In this document: positions 18,860 to 26,722 of the stretch, in pieces
Layout of the letters: every line of letters begins with the position of its first letter
Numbering within the stretch: the first letter of the stretch is position 1
Assembly: GCA_964484315.1 (NCBI GenBank)
Contig: CAZAEF010000002.1
Coordinates: 1-36,050 of the forward strand
Source: an uncultured Candidatus Saccharibacteria bacterium
Lineage (GTDB): Bacteria; Patescibacteriota; Minisyncoccia; Phycocordibacterales; PALSA-1337
Reading direction: 5' to 3'
DNA length: 36,050 bases
Translations under genes and position numbers: made by a program
The notes under the pieces: generated by a model
The model's database searches: none
The model's input: the letters and a program-made list of their open reading frames with translations, nothing else
Told to the model about the DNA's origin: nothing

Positions 18860-21475
18860 ATGTCTCCGAAAAAGCCATCAGAAAGAGAAGCTCATAAGGA
18901 TAATGAAAAACACAATGATATGATCATTGTCAAAGGGGCGCGCACTCATAATCTCAAGAACATCACTGTAGAGATGCCTCGCAATAAGATGATAGCGATC
19001 ACAGGACTCTCTGGCTCTGGGAAATCTTCACTCGCTTTTGATACGATATTTGCCGAAGGACAACGACGATATGTTGAGTCTCTCTCTTCATATGCTCGTC
19101 AATTCCTACGTCAGATGCAGAAGCCTGATGTGGACGAGATCATCGGTCTATCGCCAGCCATCTCTATAGACCAGAAATCTCGTTCGAACAATCCTCGTTC
19201 AACAGTTGCGACTATTACAGAAATCTATGATTATCTCCGCATTCTCTTTGCTCGAGTAGGGAAACCTCATTGTCTCACCTGCAATCGTGAAATACATCGA
19301 ATATCGAAAGAGGAAATTCTCGAGACTATTGTGAAGCAGGTCACGACGCATAATAAGAAGGGAAAGGAAGTAATGGGGATAGAGATCAGTGCTCAAAAGG
19401 TATTCATATATGCCCCCATTGTCGTCGGTCGCAAGGGTGAATATTACCAATTGCTTTATGATCTCCTCGGCAAAGGATATGACAGGGTCAAGATCGATGG
19501 CAAAGTCATGCGTCTTCGTGAGCAGATTATTCTCGATAAGAATAAGAAGCATGATATCGATGTGCTTGTCGATGAAATTTTTCTCAGTGAATTTACAGGA
19601 AAACAGAAGGATAATGCTATCGAGCGACTTTCTGAAGGTTTGGAGAAAGCAATCGAGGAGGCTCAGGGATTGATCAAGATTCAATTTCCGGATGAAGAGA
19701 AACTGATGTCGGTGAAGTTCATGTGTCCATACGATGGTTTCTCATATCCAGAGATCGAGCCGAGACTTTTTTCTTTCAATTCTCCATATGGAGCATGTCC
19801 CGTATGTAATGGTCTAGGCACTCGCGAATTCTTCAGCAATGAAACCTGTCCTGCATGTAAAGGTGCGCGTCTACGCGAAGAAGCGCTTTTTGTAAGAATC
19901 GATAGCAAGAACATCGTCGAAGTCACTGGGCTTTCCATCGAGGAATCTGTGGAATATTTCAAGATAATTAAATTGAGTGAGAGTGAGCGAGAGATTGCAA
20001 AGGTCATTCTCAAGGAGATCTCATCTCGTCTCCAATTTATGAAAAATGTAGGTATTGAATACCTCACGCTAGATCGTCGAGCATATACTCTATCTGGTGG
20101 AGAGGCTCAGCGTATTCGCCTCGCTTCACAGCTCGGCTCTGGTCTCGTGGGAGCGCTCTATGTCCTAGATGAACCAACAATAGGTCTTCATCAGCGTGAT
20201 AATGATCGTCTGATCAAGACCCTCATAGATCTACGCGATCTCGGCAATACCATCATAGTGGTTGAACACGATGAAGATACGATGTTCTCTTCTGATTATA
20301 TTATCGATATAGGTCCTGGTGCTGGTATCCACGGAGGAAATGTAATTGTTTCTGGCTATATTGATACACTCCTCACTGCGAAAAAGAATGATTCCGATTC
20401 GCTTACACTTGCATATCTTCGTGGAGAGAAGAAGATAGATATTCCCGAGGTCCGTCGCGAACCGAAGGGTAAGATAATGGTACGAGGAGGAAATGTTTTT
20501 AATATAAAAAATATGAATGCCGACATCGCTCTCGGCAGTCTCAATGTCATCACTGGTGTATCTGGATCTGGCAAATCATCATTCATGTATGAGATTCTCT
20601 ATAAGAATCTTCAGGGACGACTCGAACGAAGGCACCGCACGGCGGAAGTATTCAATTGCGAGACTTTTACGGGTAGTGAATACGTCGGCAGAGTTATTCT
20701 CATCGATCAATCTCCGATTGGCCGTACTCCACGTTCGAATCCAGTCACATATACAGGCGCTTGGCAACATATACGAGATCTCTTCGCTGGTTCTGCAGAA
20801 GCCCGAGCACGAGGCTGGGGTCCCGGAAGATTCTCTTTCAATGTGAAAGGTGGTCGTTGTGAAGCCTGTGAGGGTAATGGGGAAATAGCGGTGGAGATGC
20901 ACTTTCTTCCTACTGTCTATGTACCATGCGAAATCTGTGGAGGTAAGAGATTTATGAAAGAAACTCTCGAGATAAAATATAAGGGAAAGAATGTGCATGA
21001 TATTCTCCATATGACAGTAGAAGAAGCATTGAAATTCTTCGAAGACATTCCTGCTGTGTCTGATCGTCTAGAGACTCTTGCCAAGGTAGGTCTAGGTTAC
21101 CTCGAGGTCGGACAATCAGCCACTACTCTTTCTGGAGGAGAAGCACAAAGAGTGAAAATCTCTGCCGAGCTCTACCGTGCTCATCTTCAGAAGACCATAT
21201 ATCTCCTCGATGAGCCAACTGTAGGTCTTCACTATGAGGATGTGAAGAAACTTATAGAAATTCTACAGCATCTCGTCGATAAAGGTAATACAGTGGTTGT
21301 TATCGAACACAATCTTGATCTTATTAAGTCCGCTGATTATGTTCTCGATATAGGACCAGAAGGAGGTTTTCGTGGTGGAAAACTAGTTGCGAAGGGAACT
21401 CCAGAAGATATTGCAAAGAATGATAAATCATACACTGGGAAATATCTCAAGAAGATTCTCGCTCGAGACAAGTAA
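18860..21475 (+). CDS. uvrA: Excinuclease ABC subunit A
   Basis: Two ABC modules ([18 protein letters not shown]; LSGGEAQR twice) and zinc-finger CxxC pairs. Start set at ATG 18860. Confidence 0.95.
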   Translation: MSPKKPSEREAHKDNEKHNDMIIVKGARTHNLKNITVEMPRNKMIAITGLSGSGKSSLAFDTIFAEGQRRYVESLSSYARQFLRQMQKPDVDEIIGLSPAISIDQKSRSNNPRSTVATITEIYDYLRILFARVGKPHCLTCNREIHRISKEEILETIVKQVTTHNKKGKEVMGIEISAQKVFIYAPIVVGRKGEYYQLLYDLLGKGYDRVKIDGKVMRLREQIILDKNKKHDIDVLVDEIFLSEFTGKQKDNAIERLSEGLEKAIEEAQGLIKIQFPDEEKLMSVKFMCPYDGFSYPEIEPRLFSFNSPYGACPVCNGLGTREFFSNETCPACKGARLREEALFVRIDSKNIVEVTGLSIEESVEYFKIIKLSESEREIAKVILKEISSRLQFMKNVGIEYLTLDRRAYTLSGGEAQRIRLASQLGSGLVGALYVLDEPTIGLHQRDNDRLIKTLIDLRDLGNTIIVVEHDEDTMFSSDYIIDIGPGAGIHGGNVIVSGYIDTLLTAKKNDSDSLTLAYLRGEKKIDIPEVRREPKGKIMVRGGNVFNIKNMNADIALGSLNVITGVSGSGKSSFMYEILYKNLQGRLERRHRTAEVFNCETFTGSEYVGRVILIDQSPIGRTPRSNPVTYTGAWQHIRDLFAGSAEARARGWGPGRFSFNVKGGRCEACEGNGEIAVEMHFLPTVYVPCEICGGKRFMKETLEIKYKGKNVHDILHMTVEEALKFFEDIPAVSDRLETLAKVGLGYLEVGQSATTLSGGEAQRVKISAELYRAHLQKTIYLLDEPTVGLHYEDVKKLIEILQHLVDKGNTVVVIEHNLDLIKSADYVLDIGPEGGFRGGKLVAKGTPEDIAKNDKSYTGKYLKKILARDK

Positions 21476-21477
21476 TC

Positions 21478-22710
21478 ATGAAAAGGAAATCATCTTTATT
21501 AAAAAAAGCAAAATTACCCGATAATCCAGGAGTCTATTTTTTCAAGGACAAGCAGGGGAATATTCTTTATATAGGACGAGCAACATCACTCAAGGATAGA
21601 GTGAAGAGTTATTTTGCAATTGATCTCATACACACCAGAGGCCCACTCCTTGTAGATATGATTACGAAGACTGAGAGAATCGAACATACAGAAACAGACT
21701 CTGTACTCGAAGCTATTATTCTCGAGAATAATCTCATCAAAGAATATCAACCATACTATAATACAAAAGATAAAGACAATAAAAGTTATAATTATGTCGT
21801 CATTACAGATGAAGATTTTCCACGAGTGATACTCGTCCGTGGAAGGACCTTCGATATTGTGAATCAGGAATTGTTGAAATTTAAAATAAAATATCAATTT
21901 GGACCATATCCTCAAGCATCACTTCTCAAAGAAGCTTTGCGCATTATCCGCAAGATATTTCCATTTCGAGATATTAGGTCTAGTATTCCACATCAAGAGT
22001 CATTCTATCGATCTATAGGACTTTCTCCAGATATGACTTCGTCTGATGCAAGAAAAGACTATCAGAGGACGATCAGGAACCTCACACTTTTTTTTCAAGG
22101 AAAAAAAAGTGATCTAGTAAAAACTCTTGAGAGAGAGATGAAGGAGTATGCTGAAAATAGAGAATTTGAGAAAGCTGGAGAAATAAAAAAGACGCTATAT
22201 GCTCTAACACATATTCAAGATGTTGCTCTGATAAAATCTGATTCTATGAATACGATGCAGACAGGTTTCCGTATTGAAGCTTATGATATTGCCCACCTGT
22301 CCGGCAAGAATACTGTCGGTGTAATGGTCGTCTCTTATGATGGAGAGTTGGACACGGGAAGTTATAGGAAATTCAAAATTTCCAAAGACCGAAATGATGA
22401 TACAGCAGGTCTTCGAGAGATTCTCATACGAAGATTTACACATACAGAATGGCAATTACCAAATCTTATTGTGATCGATGGTGGTATAGGACAAAAAAGA
22501 GTAGCAGAGGAAATAATCAAGGGTCTAAATATTGACATAGTCATTGTTTCTGTTGCTAAAAACGATAGTCATAAAGTAGATCATATTCTCGGTGATACAT
22601 CCATCATACATGTGTATAAAGATATGATTATCAAGGTTAATGCAGAGGCTCATCGATTCGCTATTTCATATCACAGATCGCTCCGTAAACGTAATTTTCT
22701 GAAATCTTAA
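21478..22710 (+). CDS. uvrC: Excinuclease ABC subunit C, short form lacking the C-terminal (HhH)2 domain
   Basis: N-terminal GIY-YIG (GVYFFKDKQGNILYIGRATSLKDRV), a UVR motif (EFEKAGEIKKTLYAL) and an RNase H-like endonuclease region (YDIAHLSG). The ORF ends at 410 aa, right after HRFAISYHR. Confidence 0.85.
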   Translation: MKRKSSLLKKAKLPDNPGVYFFKDKQGNILYIGRATSLKDRVKSYFAIDLIHTRGPLLVDMITKTERIEHTETDSVLEAIILENNLIKEYQPYYNTKDKDNKSYNYVVITDEDFPRVILVRGRTFDIVNQELLKFKIKYQFGPYPQASLLKEALRIIRKIFPFRDIRSSIPHQESFYRSIGLSPDMTSSDARKDYQRTIRNLTLFFQGKKSDLVKTLEREMKEYAENREFEKAGEIKKTLYALTHIQDVALIKSDSMNTMQTGFRIEAYDIAHLSGKNTVGVMVVSYDGELDTGSYRKFKISKDRNDDTAGLREILIRRFTHTEWQLPNLIVIDGGIGQKRVAEEIIKGLNIDIVIVSVAKNDSHKVDHILGDTSIIHVYKDMIIKVNAEAHRFAISYHRSLRKRNFLKS

Positions 22711-22857
22711 CCAGTATTATCAGTGCATATGAATTGTTTATCCTGTCTTTTGTGATAGAGTGCCAGAGGTGCCAGTGTGTGAGCGATTCGGATCATCTTC
22801 CTCTGAGATGTGATGAATAGCTGCATACTGGCACTTTCTTATACACAGACGAACGCG

Positions 22858-22866
22858 TGATATAAT
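22858..22866 (+). promoter_or_regulatory. Extended -10 promoter TGATATAAT, leaderless configuration
   Basis: TGnTATAAT ends 6 nt before ATG 22873. Confidence 0.5.
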
Positions 22867-22872
22867 GTATTC

Positions 22873-23796
22873 ATGCATAAAGTACGCGTAGGTATTCTCC
22901 GTGGAGGTCCGAGTAGTGAATATGACGTATCTCTACAGACTGGAGCGACTATTCTCAAACATATTCCTGAGGACTTATATACTCCTCAAGATATTTATAT
23001 TTCTCGAGAGGGAGTGTGGCATAAGAATGGTATAGCCATATCTCCACACAATGCTCTAGCGCATATAGATGTAGTATGGAATGCTCTTCATGGACAATAC
23101 GGTGAGGATGGAAAGGTTCAACATATACTTGAATTTCATAAGATACCATACACAGGATCCAATTCATTTTCCTCTATGTTGGGTATGAATAAGATATTGT
23201 CGAAAGAGATTTTCAAAAAAGAAAAAATAAAGACGCCTCATTACAAATCCATTACCACACAACCAGAGGAAGAAAATATGCGGGATATATTTAGATCATT
23301 TTCAGTGCCATTTATCGTGAAGCCTGTATCTGCCGGGTCATCTGTAGGAGTGACGCTCGTAAAGGATTTTGTCTCATTTGAGATGGCACTTGCAAAAGCG
23401 TTCGAGCATAGCCCGAGTGTCCTTATTGAAGAATATATATCAGGAAGGGAAGCGACAGTCGGAATTATAGATGGTTACAGAGATCATGTGCATTATGCTC
23501 TGCCACCAATAGAGATACGTCCGCATGCAGAAAATATTATTCCTGGTAATTTTACTCTTGCGGAAAAAAGAGAACTCGAAGATCTTGCTCGTCGAGTCCA
23601 TCAGGTTCTCGGTCTCCGGCATTATTCTCGTACAGACTTTATCGTATCACCAAACAGAGGGATTTTCGTACTCGAGGTTAATACCTTACCTGGCATGACT
23701 GAGTCTTCACTCATGCTCAAGGCTCTTGATTTCGTCGGAGCTCCAATGTCGCATTTTCTGGATCATGTATTGCAGTTGGCACTACAAAAGAAATGA
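22873..23796 (+). CDS. ddl: D-alanine--D-alanine ligase
   Basis: VRVGILRGGPSSEYDVSLQTG N-terminus, an ATP-grasp region (FIVKPVSAGSSVGV) and EVNTLPGMT. Confidence 0.9.
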   Translation: MHKVRVGILRGGPSSEYDVSLQTGATILKHIPEDLYTPQDIYISREGVWHKNGIAISPHNALAHIDVVWNALHGQYGEDGKVQHILEFHKIPYTGSNSFSSMLGMNKILSKEIFKKEKIKTPHYKSITTQPEEENMRDIFRSFSVPFIVKPVSAGSSVGVTLVKDFVSFEMALAKAFEHSPSVLIEEYISGREATVGIIDGYRDHVHYALPPIEIRPHAENIIPGNFTLAEKRELEDLARRVHQVLGLRHYSRTDFIVSPNRGIFVLEVNTLPGMTESSLMLKALDFVGAPMSHFLDHVLQLALQKK

Positions 23797-23811
23797 GAGA
23801 TAAATAAAAAG

Positions 23812-23834
23812 CCACTTCCTGGTGAGGGAAGTGG
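23812..23834. terminator. Hairpin terminator between convergent ddl and 23880..24131
   Basis: CCACTTCC-N7-GGAAGTGG, preceded by A5 on the plus strand (a T run for the minus-strand reading). Confidence 0.5.
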
Positions 23835-23879
23835 ATGAAAGATGGAAGGCATCAATAGTATGGGTATAGTACCCGACGC

Positions 23880-24131
23880 CTATGACCAAAATCGTAATAC
23901 TTTATTAGTCGTTTGTGGGGGATTAGGTGGAGGCTGGACAATCACGGTTTCAACACGTGTCTCCACCTTCGGTGGCGCACACGCAGGGCAATATGGTCCG
24001 GGCAGTTTAGCATGACATTTACCACAGAAGTATTCTGTGACAACTTTCATTTTTACTGTAGGAACCATACATGTGGTGCGTGGTCCACAGTTCGTGTTTG
24101 CACAGCCGGATGTATTTAGTGAAAAAAGCAC
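23880..24131 (-). CDS. Hypothetical Cys/Pro-rich small protein
   Basis: 83-aa ORF (GTG start uncertain) with CGKCHAKLPGPYCPAC and a PPPNPP tail. Visibly more GC-rich than its neighbours. Overlapping plus-strand ORFs look less protein-like. Confidence 0.3.
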   Translation of the reverse strand: MLFSLNTSGCANTNCGPRTTCMVPTVKMKVVTEYFCGKCHAKLPGPYCPACAPPKVETRVETVIVQPPPNPPQTTNKVLRFWS

Positions 24132-24256
24132 TGCCGATAAGGCAGTCCAATTACTGAGTTATTTAATTTGCATTGGAATATCTCCTTCTGTCCGCATTAT
24201 GCCATATGTTGATATAAATAGCAAACAATTAGAAGAATGAAAGGTTGTCTAACCTC

Positions 24257-24285
24257 TTGCATTCTTCTTAATATAACGATATTAT
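24257..24285 (+). promoter_or_regulatory. Sigma70-like promoter for tRNA-Ala
   Basis: TTGCAT-N17-TATTAT. The -10 element ends 18 nt before the mature tRNA 5' end. Confidence 0.5.
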
Positions 24286-24303
24286 CTGATATGTCTTTTA
24301 TAC

Positions 24304-24376
24304 GGGCCCTTAGCTCATCTGGTAGAGCACCTCATTTGCAATGAGGGGGTGGCAGGTTCGAGTCCTGTAGGGTCCA
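24304..24376 (+). tRNA. tRNA-Ala (anticodon UGC)
   Basis: 73-nt cloverleaf folded by hand. Acceptor GGGCCCT/AGGGTCC with the G3:U70 Ala identity pair. D stem GCTC/GAGC. Anticodon stem CCTCA/TGAGG with loop TT-TGC-AA. T stem GCAGG/CCTGT with loop TTCGAGT. Discriminator A. CCA is not encoded. Confidence 0.92.
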
Positions 24377-24381
24377 CCGGC

Positions 24382-24418
24382 AAAAGAAAAGGCGTCACGA
24401 AGTGATGCTTTTTCTTTT
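24382..24418 (+). terminator. Long hairpin terminator directly after tRNA-Ala
   Basis: AAAAGAAAAGGCGTCAC / GTGATGCTTTTTCTTTT, about 17 bp including two G:U pairs, with a T-rich 3' arm. Confidence 0.6.
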
Positions 24419-24420
24419 GT

Positions 24421-24511
24421 CCGGAGGGAGGCGGCGGGACTCGAAAGACGGAGGCGACTTAGGTCGCCGAGTCAGGGTCGGGAACCGCTTCAGCAGAAGC
24501 GGATTCCTGAC
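24421..24511 (+). other. GC-rich triple-hairpin element abutting a second copy of the tRNA 3' end
   Basis: 60 of 91 nt are G/C by my count. Perfect hairpins GGCGAC-TTAG-GTCGCC (24453-24468) and CCGCTTC-AGCA-GAAGCGG (24485-24502), the latter enclosed by GTCAGG/CCTGAC (24471-76 / 24507-12). Confidence 0.5.
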
Positions 24512-24530
24512 CGAGTCCTGTAGGGTCCAC
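24512..24530 (+). repeat. A-repeat copy A2: exact 19/19 copy of the tRNA-Ala 3' end (CGAGTCCTGTAGGGTCCAC)
   Basis: Identical to 24359-24377 inside the tRNA. The TT of the T loop is not included, so this is not a functional tRNA arm. Confidence 0.9.
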
Positions 24531-24787
24531 AGACAGTTTCAGCTCTTTATGAAAAAAGTGATAAAATTCTTCAGCCTCCTTTGGTCGAAGATTCAAAAAT
24601 ACAGACAGTCAGCACCAACCATGACAGAGTTGGTCAAGACGCACGGTGACTTTTATTGGTCACTGCATAGGCATAGTGCTGAATAAGCCTTGTCGACATC
24701 TCATACCTCGTTTCAGAAATGAACCGCGGTTTTTTTTTATTTAACTCTATCTTTCTTGAGTACCATCTTCAGATACTCCACTTCCTT

Positions 24788-24810
24788 AACAAACTGGTTC
24801 CAAAATGAAA
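24788..24810 (+). repeat. B-repeat copy B0 (truncated/diverged)
   Basis: AACAAACTGGTTCCAAAATG matches the first 20 nt of the B core at 18/20. Upstream flank AGTACCATCTTCAGA resembles the B3 flank AGTATCATCTTCAAT. Confidence 0.6.
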
Positions 24811-24834
24811 GTTTTTTGTTGACTTAAACGATTC

Positions 24835-24843
24835 TGGTATACT
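24835..24843 (+). promoter_or_regulatory. Extended -10 promoter TGGTATACT for NYN gene 1
   Basis: TGnTATACT ends 9 nt before ATG 24853. Confidence 0.45.
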
Positions 24844-24852
24844 ACAGTCATA

Positions 24853-25362
24853 ATGGAGAATACTAAAGATAAAAATATTGCTTTTATAGATAGTCAAAAT
24901 CTAAATCTAGGTGCGCGGGAACTTGGTTGGAAAATCGACTACAGAAAATTTAGAGTATACTTGCGTGAAAAATATGATGTTGAAAAAGCATACATGTTTA
25001 TTGGTTTTGTCGCTCTGAACCAGAGTCTATATGATAATCTTCAAGAATCTGGTTTCATTCTGAGGTTCAAGCCAACTATTCCTGATTTTGATGGAAAGAT
25101 AAAAGGAAATGTAGATGCTGATATGGTGTTGAGTGCAATGATAGAACGGAATGATTACGATAAGGCAGTTATCGTTTCAAATGACGGTGATTTCTATTCT
25201 TTGGTTGAACATTTATATATAAATAATAAACTAGAGGTAGTTTTAAGTACGAATAGAAAATTTTGCTCGAGTTTACTTGCTCAATCTGCTAAAGAAAAAA
25301 TTCAATACGTCGATGATCTTAGAGAAAAAATAGAGTATACAAAAAAGAAAAGCACCGCTTAA
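24853..25362 (+). CDS. NYN (LabA/DUF88-like, PIN-fold) nuclease domain protein, paralogue 1
   Basis: NIAFIDSQNL, KGNVDADMV and IVSNDGDF correspond to the three acidic motifs of NYN domains. Confidence 0.75.
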   Translation: MENTKDKNIAFIDSQNLNLGARELGWKIDYRKFRVYLREKYDVEKAYMFIGFVALNQSLYDNLQESGFILRFKPTIPDFDGKIKGNVDADMVLSAMIERNDYDKAVIVSNDGDFYSLVEHLYINNKLEVVLSTNRKFCSSLLAQSAKEKIQYVDDLREKIEYTKKKSTA

Positions 25363-25383
25363 GGACGAACCTTAAGAAGTGCT
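25351..25383 (+). terminator. Hairpin overlapping the NYN1 stop codon
   Basis: AGCAC..CTTAAGG-ACGAA-CCTTAAG..GTGCT (7+5 bp), followed by a T/C-rich tract. Confidence 0.45.
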
Positions 25384-25471
25384 TCTCTCTATTGATACAT
25401 CAAAATAATACCATAGGTGTTATAAATAATGCAAGTAGTATTTTTATAGTCGATCTTCTCTCAAAATACCC

Positions 25472-25526
25472 TCAATCTCTCACATTTCTTAGCAAACTGG
25501 TTTCAAAATGCGATACTGAAGTCCAC
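25472..25526 (+). repeat. B-repeat copy B1 (36-nt core at 25491-25526 plus conserved 5' flank)
   Basis: Core AGCAAACTGGTTTCAAAATGCGATACTGAAGTCCAC is identical to B3 and B4. The 55-mer matches B3 at 54/55. Confidence 0.9.
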
Positions 25527-25527
25527 A

Positions 25528-25567
25528 AAAATAGAAAAGTCCGGCTGATGCCGGATTTTTCTATTTT
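25528..25567. terminator. 17-bp A/T-flanked hairpin (bidirectional terminator-like)
   Basis: AAAATAGAAAAGTCCGG-CTGATG-CCGGATTTTTCTATTTT. Confidence 0.6.
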
Positions 25568-25585
25568 CTGAGTCCCTAAAAAGAA

Positions 25586-25603
25586 GAGTCCTGTAGTGTG
25601 CAC
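25586..25603 (+). repeat. A-repeat copy A3 (diverged tRNA 3'-end copy)
   Basis: GAGTCCTGTAGTGTGCAC against GAGTCCTGTAGGGTCCAC, 16/18. Confidence 0.7.
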
Positions 25604-25611
25604 AATTACCC

Positions 25612-25641
25612 TTGACAAATAGCACAAAGCTGTGCTATTTT
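25612..25641 (+). promoter_or_regulatory. Promoter with embedded 9-bp inverted repeat, upstream of the methyltransferase
   Basis: TTGACA-N18-TATTTT. The spacer holds AATAGCACA-AAGC-TGTGCTATT (25618-25639). AAGGA lies 7 nt before GTG 25684. Confidence 0.5.
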
Positions 25642-25683
25642 GTTTTTATATAGTTCCAAAACAATTTAACCAAAGGATCATTT

Positions 25684-26520
25684 GTGCTTATAGCTATTTT
25701 AGGTAGACGTAATTGGCTCGCATATTTCTTATGGAGATGGATCTTTCGAGCTAACGGCTCAAGTTGCACCGAACTCGACCGATATTTTTTCGGCCCGAGC
25801 CACGGATTGAACGATTACGATAGCCTCGCTTTAAATTATAAGAGGTCTAACGTAAAACCTGACAAGGCCTACTCCATTCTGCCTACGGTGCTTGAAATGG
25901 TAGGGGACTGCAAAGGTAAGACCTGTACTGATATTGGCTGCGGTGGAGGTTTCTTTTCACTCGCACTTGCACAGCAAGGCGCATCGCAGGTCTATGGCCT
26001 GGATAATTCACGTGAGCAGCTCACGCTTGCCTTGCAGTTTGCGATCCATCCTGCAATCACATATGTCCTGCGTGATGTTTTCCTCGAAAAACTCATGCCG
26101 ACCGATGTTATTGTTGCTGCATTTGTCACAAATTACGCATCCTCAAAGCCGATCCTGCAGCACTTCTTCCGTCAATTATATGACGGACTGAATGAGGGAG
26201 GAAAAGTAATTCTTGTGATCGATCTTCCGAATAGTAGAGAGCTTAAACGTTTCGGAGCGATAAAAAGAATTCAAGGAGCTGTTCGTGATGAGGCTCCTAT
26301 CGAAATCACACTCTTTAATGAGAGCACACCGATCTGTAATCTGAATGCATTCTATTACACACCAGTAACGATCGAATCGGTTCTACGCGAGGTTGGCTTT
26401 CGTGGAATTAGTTGGCACAAGCCGATCGTTTCTGAGGAAGGGATAACTGCAATAGATGAAAAATTCTGGGAGGGGTACACGGATGATCCAGAGCTCGGCT
26501 ACATCTTGGCTGAAAAATAA
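25684..26520 (+). CDS. Class I SAM-dependent methyltransferase
   Basis: Motif I CTDIGCGGGFFSLALA, GLDNS, then GGKVILVI. GTG start with an AAGGA RBS. Substrate not inferable. Confidence 0.75.
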   Translation: MLIAILGRRNWLAYFLWRWIFRANGSSCTELDRYFFGPSHGLNDYDSLALNYKRSNVKPDKAYSILPTVLEMVGDCKGKTCTDIGCGGGFFSLALAQQGASQVYGLDNSREQLTLALQFAIHPAITYVLRDVFLEKLMPTDVIVAAFVTNYASSKPILQHFFRQLYDGLNEGGKVILVIDLPNSRELKRFGAIKRIQGAVRDEAPIEITLFNESTPICNLNAFYYTPVTIESVLREVGFRGISWHKPIVSEEGITAIDEKFWEGYTDDPELGYILAEK

Positions 26521-26524
26521 CAAA

Positions 26525-26556
26525 AGCGCATCAGCAATGATGCGCTCTTACTTTTA
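26525..26556 (+). terminator. Rho-independent terminator
   Basis: AGCGCATCA-GCAA-TGATGCGCT, a 9-bp stem followed by CTTACTTTT. Confidence 0.6.
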
Positions 26557-26594
26557 TCCTCCCTCAAAATCATTCTTAGTTTCTTACATTCCTT

Positions 26595-26630
26595 AGTAGA
26601 CTGGTTCCAGAAAGATATACTGGAGCCCAC
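26595..26630 (+). repeat. B-repeat copy B2 (diverged, 27/36)
   Basis: AGTAGACTGGTTCCAGAAAGATATACTGGAGCCCAC. Its 3' flank CAAACGGCGAGCATAGAAAATTGACT parallels the B3 flank CAAACGACGAGCGTACACAAATTTGACT. Confidence 0.75.
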
Positions 26631-26650
26631 CAAACGGCGAGCATAGAAAA

Positions 26651-26684
26651 TTGACTACATTATAAGTACATGTTATTGTATAAT
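26651..26684 (+). promoter_or_regulatory. Promoter of cassette 3
   Basis: TTGACT-N17-TATTGT preceded by TGt (extended -10), with an overlapping TATAAT. An AAAGG RBS lies before ATG 26723. Confidence 0.45.
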
Positions 26685-26722
26685 ATAGTTCTTGTTAAAC
26701 AATTCAACAGAGAAAGGTATGC

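Noticed and set aside
22759-22835. Inverted repeats AGTGCCAG / CTGGCACT and CAGAGG / CCTCTG plus the direct repeat GTGCCAG in the uvrC-ddl spacer, as a possible riboswitch or sRNA
   Set aside because: The stems overlap and are mutually exclusive. No terminator or conserved motif was recognised. ddl appears to be transcribed leaderless from a promoter downstream of them. This is most simply a uvrC 3' structure.
24073-24081. GGTCCACAG 9-mer upstream of the tRNA as an additional att core
   Set aside because: A 9-nt match is expected by chance at roughly this frequency in 36 kb on two strands. No flanking similarity to the A or B repeats.
23913-24240. Plus-strand ORFs 23913..24119 and 24037..24240 upstream of the tRNA
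   Set aside because: They are mutually overlapping, Trp/Arg/Cys-rich or hydrophobic junk-like translations. They would run into the tRNA promoter. The minus-strand frame is marginally more protein-like, though still weak.
24421-24530. A second tRNA, tRNA-Sec, or a tmRNA piece, suggested by the tRNA-like 3' end and the 6-bp/4-nt hairpin
   Set aside because: The copy starts inside the T loop (the TT of TTCGAGT is missing). No 5' strand complements the acceptor well (GGACTCG pairs 6/7 at best). No 7-nt anticodon loop with U33 could be drawn. No tag reading frame is present. At ~110 nt it is far too short for tmRNA.
24402-24686. 94-aa plus-strand ORF after the tRNA (and its internal 45-codon ATG version at 24549..24686)
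   Set aside because: The N-terminal half is a translation of the GC-rich hairpin block and the tRNA-end repeat (Gly/Arg-rich). There is no promoter or RBS. The shorter 45-aa version cannot be excluded but has no support.
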